Assembly (NCBI RefSeq): GCF_013315695.1
Contig: NZ_CP054353.1
Direction: 5' to 3' (one strand)
From: Escherichia coli
Lineage (GTDB): Bacteria; Pseudomonadota; Gammaproteobacteria; Enterobacterales; Enterobacteriaceae
Length of the DNA stretch: 64,000 nucleotides
A program made the translations under genes and the position numbers. Under the pieces are notes generated by a model. The model saw only the letters and a program-made list of their open reading frames with translations. It was not told the origin of the DNA and searched no databases. Shown here in pieces: positions 52,605 through 63,700 of the stretch (the stretch's first letter is position 1; each line of letters opens with the position of its first letter).

Positions 52605-53528
52605 ATGGAAAAAAATAGTCTGTTTAGTCAGCGCATCCGTTTGCGCCACCTTCATACATTCGTAGCTGTCGCACAACAAGGAACTTTGGGGCGCGCGGCT
52701 GAAACCCTTAATTTGAGTCAACCTGCGCTCTCTAAGACATTGAATGAACTGGAGCAGCTGACGGGCGCTCGCTTGTTTGAGCGTGGTCGTCAGGGGGCGC
52801 AACTTACCTTACCCGGCGAACAATTTTTAACGCATGCAGTCAGAGTTCTTGACGCCATCAACACTGCTGGACAGTCGCTTCATCGTAAAGAAGGTCTTAA
52901 TAATGATATCGTCAGGGTTGGTGCACTACCTACTGCGGCACTGGGGATATTACCTTCGGTTATAGGTCAGTTTCATCAGCAACAAAAAGAGACGACCTTG
53001 CAAGTTGCGACAATGAGTAACCCTATGATTCTGGCGGGTTTAAAAACCGGGGAAATCGATATCGGCATTGGTCGGATGTCAGATCCTGAACTGATGACCG
53101 GGCTTAATTACGAACTGCTGTTTCTTGAATCGCTGAAGCTGGTTGTCCGCCCCAATCATCCGCTACTTCAGGAGAACGTAACGCTAAGCCGGGTGCTGGA
53201 ATGGCCGGTCGTTGTATCACCAGAAGGCACTGCGCCACGCCAGCATTCAGATGCATTAGTGCAGAGCCAGGGATGTAAAATTCCTTCGGGTTGTATCGAA
53301 ACGCTGTCTGCTTCGCTATCTCGTCAACTTACGGTTGAATACGACTACGTGTGGTTTGTCCCTTCTGGCGCTGTAAAAGACGACCTGCGTCATGCCACGC
53401 TGGTGGCCCTGCCTGTTCCGGGACATGGTGCAGGCGAACCGATTGGAATACTGACCCGCGTAGATGCGACGTTCTCTTCTGGTTGCCAGTTGATGATTAA
53501 CGCTATTCGAAAATCAATGCCGTTCTGA
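52605..53528 (+). CDS. ydcI: LysR-family transcriptional regulator
   Basis: Start MEKNSLFSQRIRLRHLHTF inside track ORF; 307 aa. Confidence 0.88.
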   Translation: MEKNSLFSQRIRLRHLHTFVAVAQQGTLGRAAETLNLSQPALSKTLNELEQLTGARLFERGRQGAQLTLPGEQFLTHAVRVLDAINTAGQSLHRKEGLNNDIVRVGALPTAALGILPSVIGQFHQQQKETTLQVATMSNPMILAGLKTGEIDIGIGRMSDPELMTGLNYELLFLESLKLVVRPNHPLLQENVTLSRVLEWPVVVSPEGTAPRQHSDALVQSQGCKIPSGCIETLSASLSRQLTVEYDYVWFVPSGAVKDDLRHATLVALPVPGHGAGEPIGILTRVDATFSSGCQLMINAIRKSMPF

Positions 53529-53566
53529 AAGGTGAAGGGATCTGTCGATCCCTTCCTTGAACATTT

Positions 53567-55207
53567 TCACACCGTAGCGAAACTAACTGGTTCACCCGCT
53601 CCGCGAGGTTCTGCCGACACAGTATGTTTGTTCAGACGGAATACGTCCACCGCCTCAGTTAATCGTGCCGCCTGTTCTTCAAGGGACACCGCCGCCGCTG
53701 AGGCCTCTTCTACCAGAGAAGCATTCTGTTGCGTCACCTTATCCATTTCAGAAATCGCCTGGCTAACCTGCGTTATGCCTCTACTTTGTTCATCCGAGGC
53801 GGCGGCGATTTCCTGCATGATATGTGTGACACTCGCGACGGCATCAACAATAGTGCTCATGGTTTTCCCTGCCGTTGCCACCTCATCCGACCCCAGGTCA
53901 ATTAACCTGACTGATTCACTGATCAAGCCTTCAATCTCTTTCGCCGCCTGAGCGCTGCGGCTTGCGAGTGTCCGTACTTCGCTGGCGACAACGGCAAATC
54001 CACGTCCTTGCTCACCCGCTCGCGCGGCTTCAACGGCAGCATTCAGTGCCAGAATATTCGTCTGGAAAGCAATACTGTTGATGACGGCGGTGATCTCGGA
54101 AATTTTCTTCGAACTCGTGGAGATAGCGCCCATCGTTTTTACTACACCGGAAACCGTCTGCCCGCCATCGCTGGCTTTAATAGAAGCCTCCTGCGCCAGT
54201 TTGCTGGCATGATGCGCGTTATCTGCATTCTGTTTCACCGTCGCAGTGAGTTGCTCCATGCTGGCGGCAGTTTGTTCAATTGCCGCCGCTTGTTCTTCGG
54301 TGCGAGATGAAAGGTCCGCATTGCCAGCGGAAATTTCGCTGGTGCCACGATAAATCTCTTCCGCGCCCTGTCGAACGGTCCCTACAGTCATCCCCAGTGA
54401 ATGCTGCATTTGCTGTAAATGACGACTTAAGCGACCGATTTCATTACGACCCGCCGGTTCATCATTCATCGTCAGATCGCCACTGGCGATTTTTTCAATC
54501 CGTTGTGCGGCATGTTGCAGTGGACGAATGACGATCCGACGTAGCACTATAAATGTTATCAGCGTCATGACCAGGGCAAGCACAAACGCGCCAATCATGA
54601 ACATCCCACCCAGGCGGGTGCGCTGATGGGCCAGTTCCGCCAGTTGGTTGGCTCTGGTGCTACGTATCTTAACGGCTTTGCTCAAAATATCGGTATAAGC
54701 ATTATCCAGCGGTCGGATCTGCTCACTTTCATGATTGATAATCGCTTCAAACATGCCATTTTTGGCATATTTCAACATCGGTTGCATACCCGTGATATAA
54801 GCCTGGAAGCGTTGATTTAATTCAGTGTCGAGGGCTTCATCAGCAGGTGTTTTCACCGACCGATTCTGATAAGCACGATAACCTTGCTGCGACTGTTTAA
54901 TCTCCGATTCGGCTTGCGCAATATTTCGCTTCATTGCTTCCATTTCCGCAATACGACTCGCTGCCCCGGCCTGAATCATATTGATCCGGGCTGAACGCAA
55001 AAAATCTGAACTGTTCGCTAACCCGGTCCGAATCTCAATCTCCGCAGTAACATCACGCTGATCGCGATCGGCCTGCCAGAGGAAATAGCCAGCCAGAGCA
55101 GAACTTAATGCGAATAGAACTAAGATACCGCCAAGAATGCAGGCAAATAACGGAACCAGCCTGATGTGATGCAAAAAACCTAATCGCTGTGAGGGAGTTG
55201 TATTCAT
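53567..55207 (-). CDS. trg: Methyl-accepting chemotaxis protein III (ribose/galactose sensor)
   Basis: 546 aa, HAMP and MCP signalling domain. Confidence 0.9.
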   Translation of the reverse strand: MNTTPSQRLGFLHHIRLVPLFACILGGILVLFALSSALAGYFLWQADRDQRDVTAEIEIRTGLANSSDFLRSARINMIQAGAASRIAEMEAMKRNIAQAESEIKQSQQGYRAYQNRSVKTPADEALDTELNQRFQAYITGMQPMLKYAKNGMFEAIINHESEQIRPLDNAYTDILSKAVKIRSTRANQLAELAHQRTRLGGMFMIGAFVLALVMTLITFIVLRRIVIRPLQHAAQRIEKIASGDLTMNDEPAGRNEIGRLSRHLQQMQHSLGMTVGTVRQGAEEIYRGTSEISAGNADLSSRTEEQAAAIEQTAASMEQLTATVKQNADNAHHASKLAQEASIKASDGGQTVSGVVKTMGAISTSSKKISEITAVINSIAFQTNILALNAAVEAARAGEQGRGFAVVASEVRTLASRSAQAAKEIEGLISESVRLIDLGSDEVATAGKTMSTIVDAVASVTHIMQEIAAASDEQSRGITQVSQAISEMDKVTQQNASLVEEASAAAVSLEEQAARLTEAVDVFRLNKHTVSAEPRGAGEPVSFATV

Positions 55208-55246
55208 TACCGTTGTCTCTCGTCCAGGTTTACTCCTGATAGAAAG

Positions 55247-55273
55247 TCATCGGCACTTGACGGTAATTACTTA
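55247..55273 (-). promoter_or_regulatory. Putative sigma-28 (FliA) promoter for trg (TAAGTAAT-N11-GCCGATGA)
   Basis: Match to TAAAGTTT-N11-GCCGATAA about 40 nt upstream of trg start. Confidence 0.45.
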
Positions 55274-55479
55274 TGACCAAAAACCTCTTTGCGTCACATT
55301 TTTACAACAATTATGGCAGAGAAGAATAATGCCATTGGAATGAAGAGAGTAACGAACGGCTAAACCGAATGACGAAAAATTCTGGAAAACAGCACGCAAT
55401 TTCGTCAAGTGATTATTTTCGTCCCTAAGGAAACCTCATAGGATGCCTGCGGGTGCCTGAGACTTTCTGTTTTCAGGCT

Positions 55480-55538
55480 AACCGGGAATCAGAAAGACGA
55501 AGGCCCCGACCGATATTTCTATCAACCGAGGCCAACGA

Positions 55539-55550
<12 letters not shown>
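55480..55550 (-). ncRNA. sokB: sokB antisense RNA (approximate extent); promoter -35 TTGCCG / 17 bp / -10 TATGAT on minus strand at about 55557..55585
   Basis: Near-consensus sigma-70 promoter reading antisense into mokB start region, as in hok/sok loci. Confidence 0.45.
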
Positions 55551-55746
<196 letters not shown>

Positions 55747-55809
55747 GGGCAAGCGCGGGGATTTTCCCCGCGCATCTGACTAGCGGATTCATTTTCTCAT
55801 GGCACCCCT

Positions 55810-55983
55810 TTTACACTTCAGTTAGTACATGTTTTTTTCGATGCACTAATAGAACCATCATTACAGACAAATTTGCCGCCTGCCGTACAGTGTGAGATTC
55901 CCCCTTTCGAACCAGAACAGGGTTTGCGCCCGGCATCGGCATAAAAGGAAACAAGCGTTCCCATAACCAAGATAAGTGCCAGT
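55810..55983 (-). CDS. ydcA: Small secreted Cys-rich protein
   Basis: 57 aa MKKLALILVMGTLVSFYADAGRKPCSGSKGG... Confidence 0.75.
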
Positions 55984-56161
55984 TTTTTCATATAACCTCC
56001 ATGGTTTATCGAATCTTATGTTCGATTTGAACGTTATACGCTGGTTTATTTTGATACCGTTGATGAGATCAAAGATCGGGTGAATTGATTAAAGATAAGC
56101 CAGATGGACGTATAGACAAGGATTATGGTTTTATTTGTCATACAAATAAATATAATAGGCG

Positions 56162-56226
56162 CTTCCGATGTAGGCCCGTATTCTTCGCCTGTACCACGGG
56201 TCGGTTTTAGTACAGGCGTTTTCTTT
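56162..56226 (+). ncRNA. rydC: RydC-like Hfq-dependent sRNA
   Basis: cttccgatgtaggcccgtattcttcgcctgtaccacgggtcggttttagtacaggcgttttcttt: 5' seed then hairpin gcctgtac/gtacaggc plus U-run; in the ydcA-cybB gap. Confidence 0.6.
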
Positions 56227-56235
56227 AAATATCCT

Positions 56236-56766
56236 TCAGGAACGTTTACGCGGCATCATGCGTAGAAGTGTGTTGTCCTTCCAGAAATAGTGGTGTGCCA
56301 GTGCAGCCGCAGCGTGCAACCCGATGACAAAATATCCCAGATTCGCCAGCGTTTCATGCCACGACTTTAAGCTATCAACCCGTTCGAAATTGGCCTCTGA
56401 AGCGTAAGGCATCGTCATACCAAACGCAAACCACGGGTTGCCCCGGTTATACATCATCACCAAACCAATCACCGGCAGCGCAATAAACAGGAGATAAATC
56501 ACCAAATGGCCCAAATGCGCCAGTCCCGTCATCATCGGTTTTGGCTTAGGTATAATCGGCGGGGTTGGGTATTTCAGCCTTAACAAAAGACGAACCACCA
56601 TCAGTACGAGAATTGAGATGCCACAGGAAACATGAATCATGTTGATGAGGGGCCGATCGCTACGTGGGAAGAAACCACGAAACTCCATTGCGCAATACGC
56701 TGCGATAACCAGCAAAAAGACCAGCCAGTGAATGCTGATTTGTAACCTTGAGTATTTATTTTCCAT
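56236..56766 (-). CDS. cybB: Cytochrome b561
   Basis: Start MENKYSRLQISIHWLVFLLV inside track ORF; 176 aa. Confidence 0.9.
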   Translation of the reverse strand: MENKYSRLQISIHWLVFLLVIAAYCAMEFRGFFPRSDRPLINMIHVSCGISILVLMVVRLLLRLKYPTPPIIPKPKPMMTGLAHLGHLVIYLLFIALPVIGLVMMYNRGNPWFAFGMTMPYASEANFERVDSLKSWHETLANLGYFVIGLHAAAALAHHYFWKDNTLLRMMPRKRS

Positions 56767-56954
56767 AACATTTCCTGCTTTAAAACAATTTGCCGTTAAC
56801 ATAACGGGCTTTTCTCAAAATTTCATTAAATATTGTTCACCCGTTTTCAGTACGTTACGTTTCACGGCAAGAATGTAGATTGCCCATCCCGCCATCCTGG
56901 TCTAAGCCTGGAAAGGATCCATTTTCATCCGAACGTTCCTGACAGGAGAAGACC

Positions 56955-57956
56955 ATGAGTAAAGTTGGTATTAACGGTTTTGGTCGTATCGGTCGACTGG
57001 TGTTGCGTCGATTACTTGAAGTCAAAAGCAACATAGACATTGTCGCTATTAATGATCTCACTTCCCCAAAAATTCTCGCCTACCTGCTGAAACATGATTC
57101 AAACTACGGACCGTTCCCCTGGAGCGTTGATTTTACGGAAGATTCACTTATCGTTGATGGGAAAAGTATCGCGGTTTACGCCGAAAAAGAGGCTAAAAAT
57201 ATTCCGTGGAAAGCGAAAGGCGCAGAAATCATTGTCGAATGTACTGGCTTTTATACCTCCGCCGAGAAATCGCAGGCGCATCTCGATGCTGGCGCGAAGA
57301 AGGTGTTGATTTCCGCCCCTGCCGGTGAAATGAAAACTATCGTTTATAACGTCAATGACGACACTCTGGATGGCAACGATACCATTGTTTCCGTGGCGTC
57401 ATGCACCACTAACTGTCTTGCACCGATGGCCAAAGCCTTGCACGACAGTTTCGGAATAGAAGTCGGCACGATGACGACCATTCATGCCTATACCGGCACT
57501 CAGTCACTGGTGGATGGTCCGCGAGGTAAAGATCTACGCGCTTCACGTGCAGCGGCAGAAAATATCATTCCCCACACTACAGGTGCGGCAAAAGCCATTG
57601 GTCTGGTGATCCCGGAACTGAGCGGCAAACTGAAAGGTCATGCGCAACGCGTGCCGGTGAAAACAGGTTCGGTCACTGAGCTGGTGTCCATTCTCGGAAA
57701 AAAAGTGACTGCCGAAGAGGTGAATAACGCACTTAAACAAGCAACCACCAATAACGAGTCATTTGGTTATACCGATGAAGAAATAGTCTCTTCCGATATC
57801 ATTGGCAGCCATTTCGGTTCGGTGTTTGATGCCACGCAAACGGAAATTACCGCCGTGGGCGATTTACAACTGGTGAAAACGGTCGCCTGGTACGATAACG
57901 AATATGGCTTCGTCACACAGCTCATTCGCACCCTCGAAAAATTCGCTAAACTCTGA
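56955..57956 (+). CDS. gapC: Glyceraldehyde-3-phosphate dehydrogenase C, intact
   Basis: 333 aa, NAD-binding [10 protein letters not shown] and catalytic SCTTNCLAP motifs, uninterrupted. Confidence 0.9.
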   Translation: MSKVGINGFGRIGRLVLRRLLEVKSNIDIVAINDLTSPKILAYLLKHDSNYGPFPWSVDFTEDSLIVDGKSIAVYAEKEAKNIPWKAKGAEIIVECTGFYTSAEKSQAHLDAGAKKVLISAPAGEMKTIVYNVNDDTLDGNDTIVSVASCTTNCLAPMAKALHDSFGIEVGTMTTIHAYTGTQSLVDGPRGKDLRASRAAAENIIPHTTGAAKAIGLVIPELSGKLKGHAQRVPVKTGSVTELVSILGKKVTAEEVNNALKQATTNNESFGYTDEEIVSSDIIGSHFGSVFDATQTEITAVGDLQLVKTVAWYDNEYGFVTQLIRTLEKFAKL

Positions 57957-57963
57957 CGCACAC

Positions 57964-57987
57964 AGGCGGAGGAAAAAACCTCCGCCT
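57964..57987. terminator. Hairpin between convergent gapC and aldA
   Basis: aggcggagg-aaaaaa-cctccgcct. Confidence 0.45.
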
Positions 57988-57997
57988 CTTCCACTCA

Positions 57998-59437
57998 TTA
58001 AGACTGTAAATAAACCACCTGGGTCTGCAGATATTCATGCAGGCCATGTTTACCATCTGCGCCGCCAATACCGGATTTACGCCATCCGGCGTGGAAGCCT
58101 TGCATAGCTTCGAAGTTTTCACGGTTGATGTAAGTTTCACCAAACTTCAGCCCTTTAATGGCTTTCATCGCGACGTTCAGATTTTGGGTATAGATTGATG
58201 AGGTCAGGCCGTAATCACTATCATTCGCCATTGAGATAGCCTCTTCCAGCGTATCAAATGCGACCACCGGCAGAACCGGGCCAAAGGTTTCCTCATGCAT
58301 AATCGACATTTCCTGGCGAACATCCAGCAGCAATGTCGGCGGATAATAATATCCTTTCCCCTCTACCGCTTTGCCACCCAACGCCACTCTCGCCCCTTCT
58401 TCTACTGCGCGCGCCACTTTTTGCTCAACCCTTTCCAGCGCCGCGGCGTTAATCAACGGTCCCATCGCAATGTCGTTGCGTTCAGCGGGGTTACCAAATT
58501 GAACCGCTTGCATCGCTTCACCCAACCGATTGACAAACTGATCATAAATGCCTTTCTGTACATAAACACGTTCTGCACAGTTACACACTTGCCCACTATT
58601 AATGACGCGTGAATCAACGATGGCTTTGACTGCCAGTTCAAGATCGGCATCGTCCATTACGATAGCCGGTGCTTTACCCCCCAGTTCCAGGCACACTTTG
58701 GTGATGTTTTTCGCCGCAGTCGCCATAATCTTTTCACCTGCAGAGACGCTGCCTGTCATACTGACCATTGCGACCTTTGGGTTACCCGCCAGTTCTTGCC
58801 CAACGGTTTCACCACGCCCCAGAACAAGGTTAAACACGCCGCGCGGAAGGCCTATTTCATCGACGATTTTGGCGAATGCAATCGCATTGTTTGGCGTAAA
58901 TTCACTGGGTTTAATGACGATGGTATTACCGGTCAAAAGAGCGGGAGCCATTTTGCGGGCAATGAGGAAGAACGGGAAGTTCCACGGCAGAATGCCGGTA
59001 GTCACGCCAAGCGCACGTTTAAACAGAAGAATATTTTCTCCTGGACGATCGCTTTGAATAATCTCGCCTTCATAACGCCGTGCCCACTCCGACATGTAAT
59101 CGATATAGTCCGCAGTAAAAGCCACTTCGACTTCAGCCAGCTGCTGGATCTTACCCCCTTCTTCAACAATCAGCGCACTGATTTCACTGGCGCGTTCGCG
59201 GATCCCGGCGGAGATTTTGCGCAACCAACTGGCGCGTTCAATAGCAGGCAACGCTTCCCATTCTGGTTGTGCACGTTCTGCTGCATCGATTGCCTTACGG
59301 ACATCCTCGGCCTGACCATCGGGAATGCGGGAAATGACAGCCTCTGTTGCAGGGTTTACCACATCAATCCATGCGTCTCCACGCCAGGTAACAAACTGTC
59401 CATCAATATACATAGGATGTTGAACGGGTACTGACAT
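57998..59437 (-). CDS. aldA: Lactaldehyde dehydrogenase
   Basis: 479 aa aldehyde dehydrogenase starting MSVPVQHPMYIDGQFVTW. Confidence 0.9.
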   Translation of the reverse strand: MSVPVQHPMYIDGQFVTWRGDAWIDVVNPATEAVISRIPDGQAEDVRKAIDAAERAQPEWEALPAIERASWLRKISAGIRERASEISALIVEEGGKIQQLAEVEVAFTADYIDYMSEWARRYEGEIIQSDRPGENILLFKRALGVTTGILPWNFPFFLIARKMAPALLTGNTIVIKPSEFTPNNAIAFAKIVDEIGLPRGVFNLVLGRGETVGQELAGNPKVAMVSMTGSVSAGEKIMATAAKNITKVCLELGGKAPAIVMDDADLELAVKAIVDSRVINSGQVCNCAERVYVQKGIYDQFVNRLGEAMQAVQFGNPAERNDIAMGPLINAAALERVEQKVARAVEEGARVALGGKAVEGKGYYYPPTLLLDVRQEMSIMHEETFGPVLPVVAFDTLEEAISMANDSDYGLTSSIYTQNLNVAMKAIKGLKFGETYINRENFEAMQGFHAGWRKSGIGGADGKHGLHEYLQTQVVYLQS

Positions 59438-59633
59438 GAGCGACTCCTGTGATTTATATGTTTGTTTTTAGTAAATACATTGTTAATTAACATCAATCAT
59501 CAGAGAGACGGCATCATGAAAGGACAATTCTGTGAAGGGCTTCATAAAAACAAGTGTAAAAGGAATAAGAGGCAGAAATAAAAGGCAGGAGTTATGCCCG
59601 TTTGCAAACAAGTGGTTCACAAACGGGCAATTT

Positions 59634-60434
59634 TTAACGTAACGAGCGACTTTCCATCGCCTCGATGAGCACCGCATCGTGTTTCAGCGTTTGCCATGCC
59701 TGGATGACTTCTGCCGGAAAATCAACGTGAACGATAAAATCTCGCCCGCGGGGACCGTAGCCATCGCTATCATCGTGTAAACGCGGCAGCTCGCCAGTGA
59801 GTAGTGATAGATAACGCTCAACCGGCCATAATCCTTGTAACTGATTAATAAAGATTACACTGTCTGCGTTATTTCCTAACTGAGGAACGAATCCGGGATA
59901 ACTTAACCAGCGTGGTGCATCGGGATTGTCCCCGGTCATACGGCGGAACGTCGCCATCGTGCGCCGCTGCATGGTGGGGTCCTGAACAACGATAGCTGTG
60001 TGAACTCGTTCTACGGCCTGATTCAATAGCGCGATGCTAAAGCGTGCGTTTTCACCGCAGTTTGTTGACTGGTCTTCAATCCAGATTTTTTCATGCGGAA
60101 TGTGCCAGAACTGATGAGCGATATCCGCCAGGATGGTAGCTTCAGCTCTGCCAGTGGTGCGGATAGTGTTGTAGTGCGGATGCTGTGCGATGGCGCTATA
60201 CAAAAAAGTTGTCGAGTGACCGATACCACCACTAATCAGTAAAGGAATTTGCTGATCGCGGGCAATCTTACATGCCGCATCGATAGTCGGCATAACCGCA
60301 TTGCCTGCAAGGATCACGCAATCGGCCTGATACGGCACCTCACCGGAGAAATCATCCTGCGCCAGCCACTGACCGATAACATTTATGGCATCTATGGTTG
60401 CCGGCGAAAGCGTCGGAAACGGGGTAATGTTCAT
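59634..60434 (-). CDS. ydcF: DUF218-family protein
   Basis: 266 aa, synteny. Confidence 0.85.
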   Translation of the reverse strand: MNITPFPTLSPATIDAINVIGQWLAQDDFSGEVPYQADCVILAGNAVMPTIDAACKIARDQQIPLLISGGIGHSTTFLYSAIAQHPHYNTIRTTGRAEATILADIAHQFWHIPHEKIWIEDQSTNCGENARFSIALLNQAVERVHTAIVVQDPTMQRRTMATFRRMTGDNPDAPRWLSYPGFVPQLGNNADSVIFINQLQGLWPVERYLSLLTGELPRLHDDSDGYGPRGRDFIVHVDFPAEVIQAWQTLKHDAVLIEAMESRSLR

Positions 60435-60637
60435 GGTTCCTCCTTATCGTTCCCTTAAGAATACTGCGTGAGATAATAGTGAGAAGCGGAGCACTCTGAA
60501 AGGAGGAAGTCGTATTTCCTTAACTACCACTCCGCAAGCCTGACATATCTTTTAAGGAAATGCTGTAGATAAACATTATTCATCTTGCAGCAGAGAATTG
60601 TATTTTTCTGAACTCCTGAATTTTTTCCCATACCGTT

Positions 60638-60670
60638 TTTAGAATTAATAAAAAACCCGGCGCTAAATGC
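60638..60670 (-). terminator. Rho-independent terminator downstream of hrpA
   Basis: Minus strand aacccgg...ccgggtt followed by TTTTTTATT. Confidence 0.5.
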
Positions 60671-60706
60671 TTACCGGGTTTTAGATTTATCAGGCAAATA
60701 GCAGTG

Positions 60707-63700
60707 TTAACCGCTAATCTGCTCCATCGCCTGCAAAATACGCTTATCTGAAATCGGATAAGGCGTACCAAGTTGTTGAGCGAAGTAACTAACGCGCAAC
60801 TCTTCTATCATCCAACGGATCTCTTTCACGTCTTCATCCTCACGACGTGCGGGCGGCAGTTTGTTGATCCATTGCTGCCACGCCTGCTGGACGTTTTCGA
60901 CTTTCAGCATCTGAGCACGGTCACGATGCGGATCAACCGCCAGTTTTTCCAGTCGTTTTTCAATCGCCTGCAAATAACGCAGCGTGTCGCCCAACCGTTT
61001 GAAGCCGTTACCAGTGACAAAACCGCGATATACCAACCCGCCCATCTGCGCTTTAATGTCAGAAAGCCCCAGCGCCATAGTCATATCCACCCGCCCTTTC
61101 AGACGTTTATTGATATTGAACACCGCAGTGAGGATTTGCTCGACCTGCTTCGCAATATCCACCACCGTGTCGTTCAGTTCAGCACGGACTTTTTCATGCA
61201 GCGCAGCAAAGCCTTCTTCCGTCCAGACCGGGCCACCATTGGCGTCGATCAGTTGATCCACCCCGCAGGAGATACAGTCGTCGATCAGCTCCAGCACTTT
61301 GCCATACGGGTTAAAGTACAGCCCCAGCTTGGCTTTGTTCGGTAACTTTTCATGCAAATATTTGATCGGCGATGGAATATTCAGCAGCAGTAGACGGCGA
61401 AGACCGTTCCACATTGCCTGCTTTTGTTCCAGCGGATTATCAAACAATTTGATTGCCACACTGTCGCGTTCATCCACCAGCGCTGGCCACGCCTTCACTT
61501 TATAGTTGCCACGCTTCTGTTCGTAGCTTTCCGGCAGCTGACCAAAACTCCAGATATGTAAGCCGCTCTGCTCGATACCGTCATCCGCCACCGCAGACAG
61601 CGTTTCCTGCACTTTGCCTTTCAGCGCATCTTTCAGATCTTGTAGAGAGCGCCCTTCTTTTAGCTTCTTGTTTTTGTCATCCACCACGCGGAAGGTGATT
61701 TTCAGGTGATCAGGCACCTGATCCCAGTGCCAGTCTTCGCGGTCAACGGTAACACCGGTCATCCGCCGTAACTCGCGCTCAAGACTGTCGAGCAACGGTA
61801 ACTCCAGCGGTTTGACGCGGCCTAAAAACGCTTCGGCATAGTTTGGCGCAGGTACAAAATTACGGCGTACCGGTTTCGGCAACGATTTAATCAGAGCAAT
61901 CACCAGTTCGCGGCGCAGGCCGGGGATTTGCCATTCAAACCCGCTCTCTTCTACCTGATTAAGCAGCGGCAGCGGGATATGCACAGTCACACCGTCAGCA
62001 TCCGCGCCGGGCTCAAACTGATAGCTCAAACGCAGCTTGAGATTGCCCTGATGCCAGAAGTTCGGATAATCCAGCTTGCTGATTTTTTCCGCCCCTTCTT
62101 TGATCAACATGCTCTTTTCAAAGTTGAGCAAATCAGGCGTTTCGCGGCTGACTTTTTTCCACCAGCTATCGAAGTGACGAGCGGAGATTACATCGTGGCG
62201 GATGCGCTGGTCGTAGAACTCAAACAACGTTTCGTCATCAACCAGAATATCGCGGCGACGTGATTTGTGTTCCAGCTCTTCCACTTCGGCCCGCAGTTTC
62301 AGGTTTTCACGGAAGAATGCGTGACGCGTCTGCCAGTCACCTTCCACCAGAGCGTGGCGAATAAAGAGTTCACGACATAACGCCGGATCGATCTGGCTGT
62401 AGTTGACCTTGCGCGCAGCAACAATCGGCAAACCATAAACAGTGACTTTTTCCGTTGCCATCACCGCGCCCTGCGCCCGTTCCCAGTGCGGTTCGCTGTA
62501 GGTGCGTTTAATCAAATGCTGAGCAACGGGTTCTACCCATTCCGGGTCGATACGCGCAGCAATGCGCCCCCACAGGCGGCTGGTTTCTACCAGTTCCGCC
62601 ACCATTACCCATTTCGGCGGCTTTTTAAATAAGCCGGAACCGGGGAAAATGGAGAAACGCGCGTTACGTGCGCCGGTATATTCTTGTTTATCGGCATCTT
62701 TCATGCCGATATGGGAAAGCAAACCGGTCAGTAAGGCGATGTGAATTTCGCGATACTCCGCCGGTTCGCTGTTAACCGGAATGCCAAGTTCTTTCACTAC
62801 CTGACGCAACTGGGTGTAGATATCCTGCCATTCGCGCACGCGCAGATAGTTGAGATAATCGGTACGACACAGGCGACGGAAGGCGTTGGAAGAAAGCGCC
62901 TTTTGCTGCTCGCCAAGATAATTCCACAGATTTACAAACGCGAGGAAGTCGGATTCTTTGTCGTGGAAGCGACGATGTTTTTCGTCCGATGCCTGCTGTT
63001 TATCCATCGGACGCTCGCGCGGATCCTGAATGGAGAGCGCGGACGTGATAATCATCGCCTCACGCACGCAGCCATGTTTCTGCGCTTCCAGCACCATACG
63101 CGCCAGACGAGGATCGACAGGCAATTGCGAAAGCTGGCGACCGAGCGGCGTCAGTTTATAGGCGCTGGCCTGTTCATCCGTGGTGATCGCGCCCAGTTCT
63201 TCGAGCAGACGCACGCCATCCTGGATATTGCGTTTATCCGGTGCTTCAACAAACGGGAACGCAGCGATATCGCCCAGCCCCAGCGCAGTCATCTGCAAAA
63301 TAACCGAGGCCAGGTTGGTACGCAGAATCTCCGGATCGGTAAATTCCGGGCGCGAAAGGAAATCGTCTTCGGAATAGAGACGAATACAGATCCCTTCGGA
63401 CACACGACCACAGCGGCCTTTACGCTGATTGGCAGACGCCTGCGAAATGGGTTCAATCGGCAAACGCTGCACTTTGGTGCGATAGCTGTAGCGGCTGATA
63501 CGCGCTGTACCGGGGTCGATAACGTATTTAATACCCGGTACGGTCAGCGAGGTTTCCGCGACGTTGGTCGCCAGCACAATGCGCCGTCCACTGTGCGACT
63601 GGAAGACGCGGTTCTGTTCGCTGTTCGAAAGCCGCGCATAAAGCGGCAAGATTTCCGTATGGCGTAAGTTCAGCTTGTTCAGCGCATCGGCGGTATCGCG

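Noticed and set aside
59596-59628. Hairpin gcccgtttg...caaacgggc downstream of ydcF as an intrinsic terminator
   Set aside because: The stem is clear but lacks a U-run on the ydcF strand; left unannotated.
62741-63667. 308-aa plus-strand ORF
   Set aside because: Antisense within hrpA; Arg-rich low-complexity translation typical of a reverse-frame artefact.
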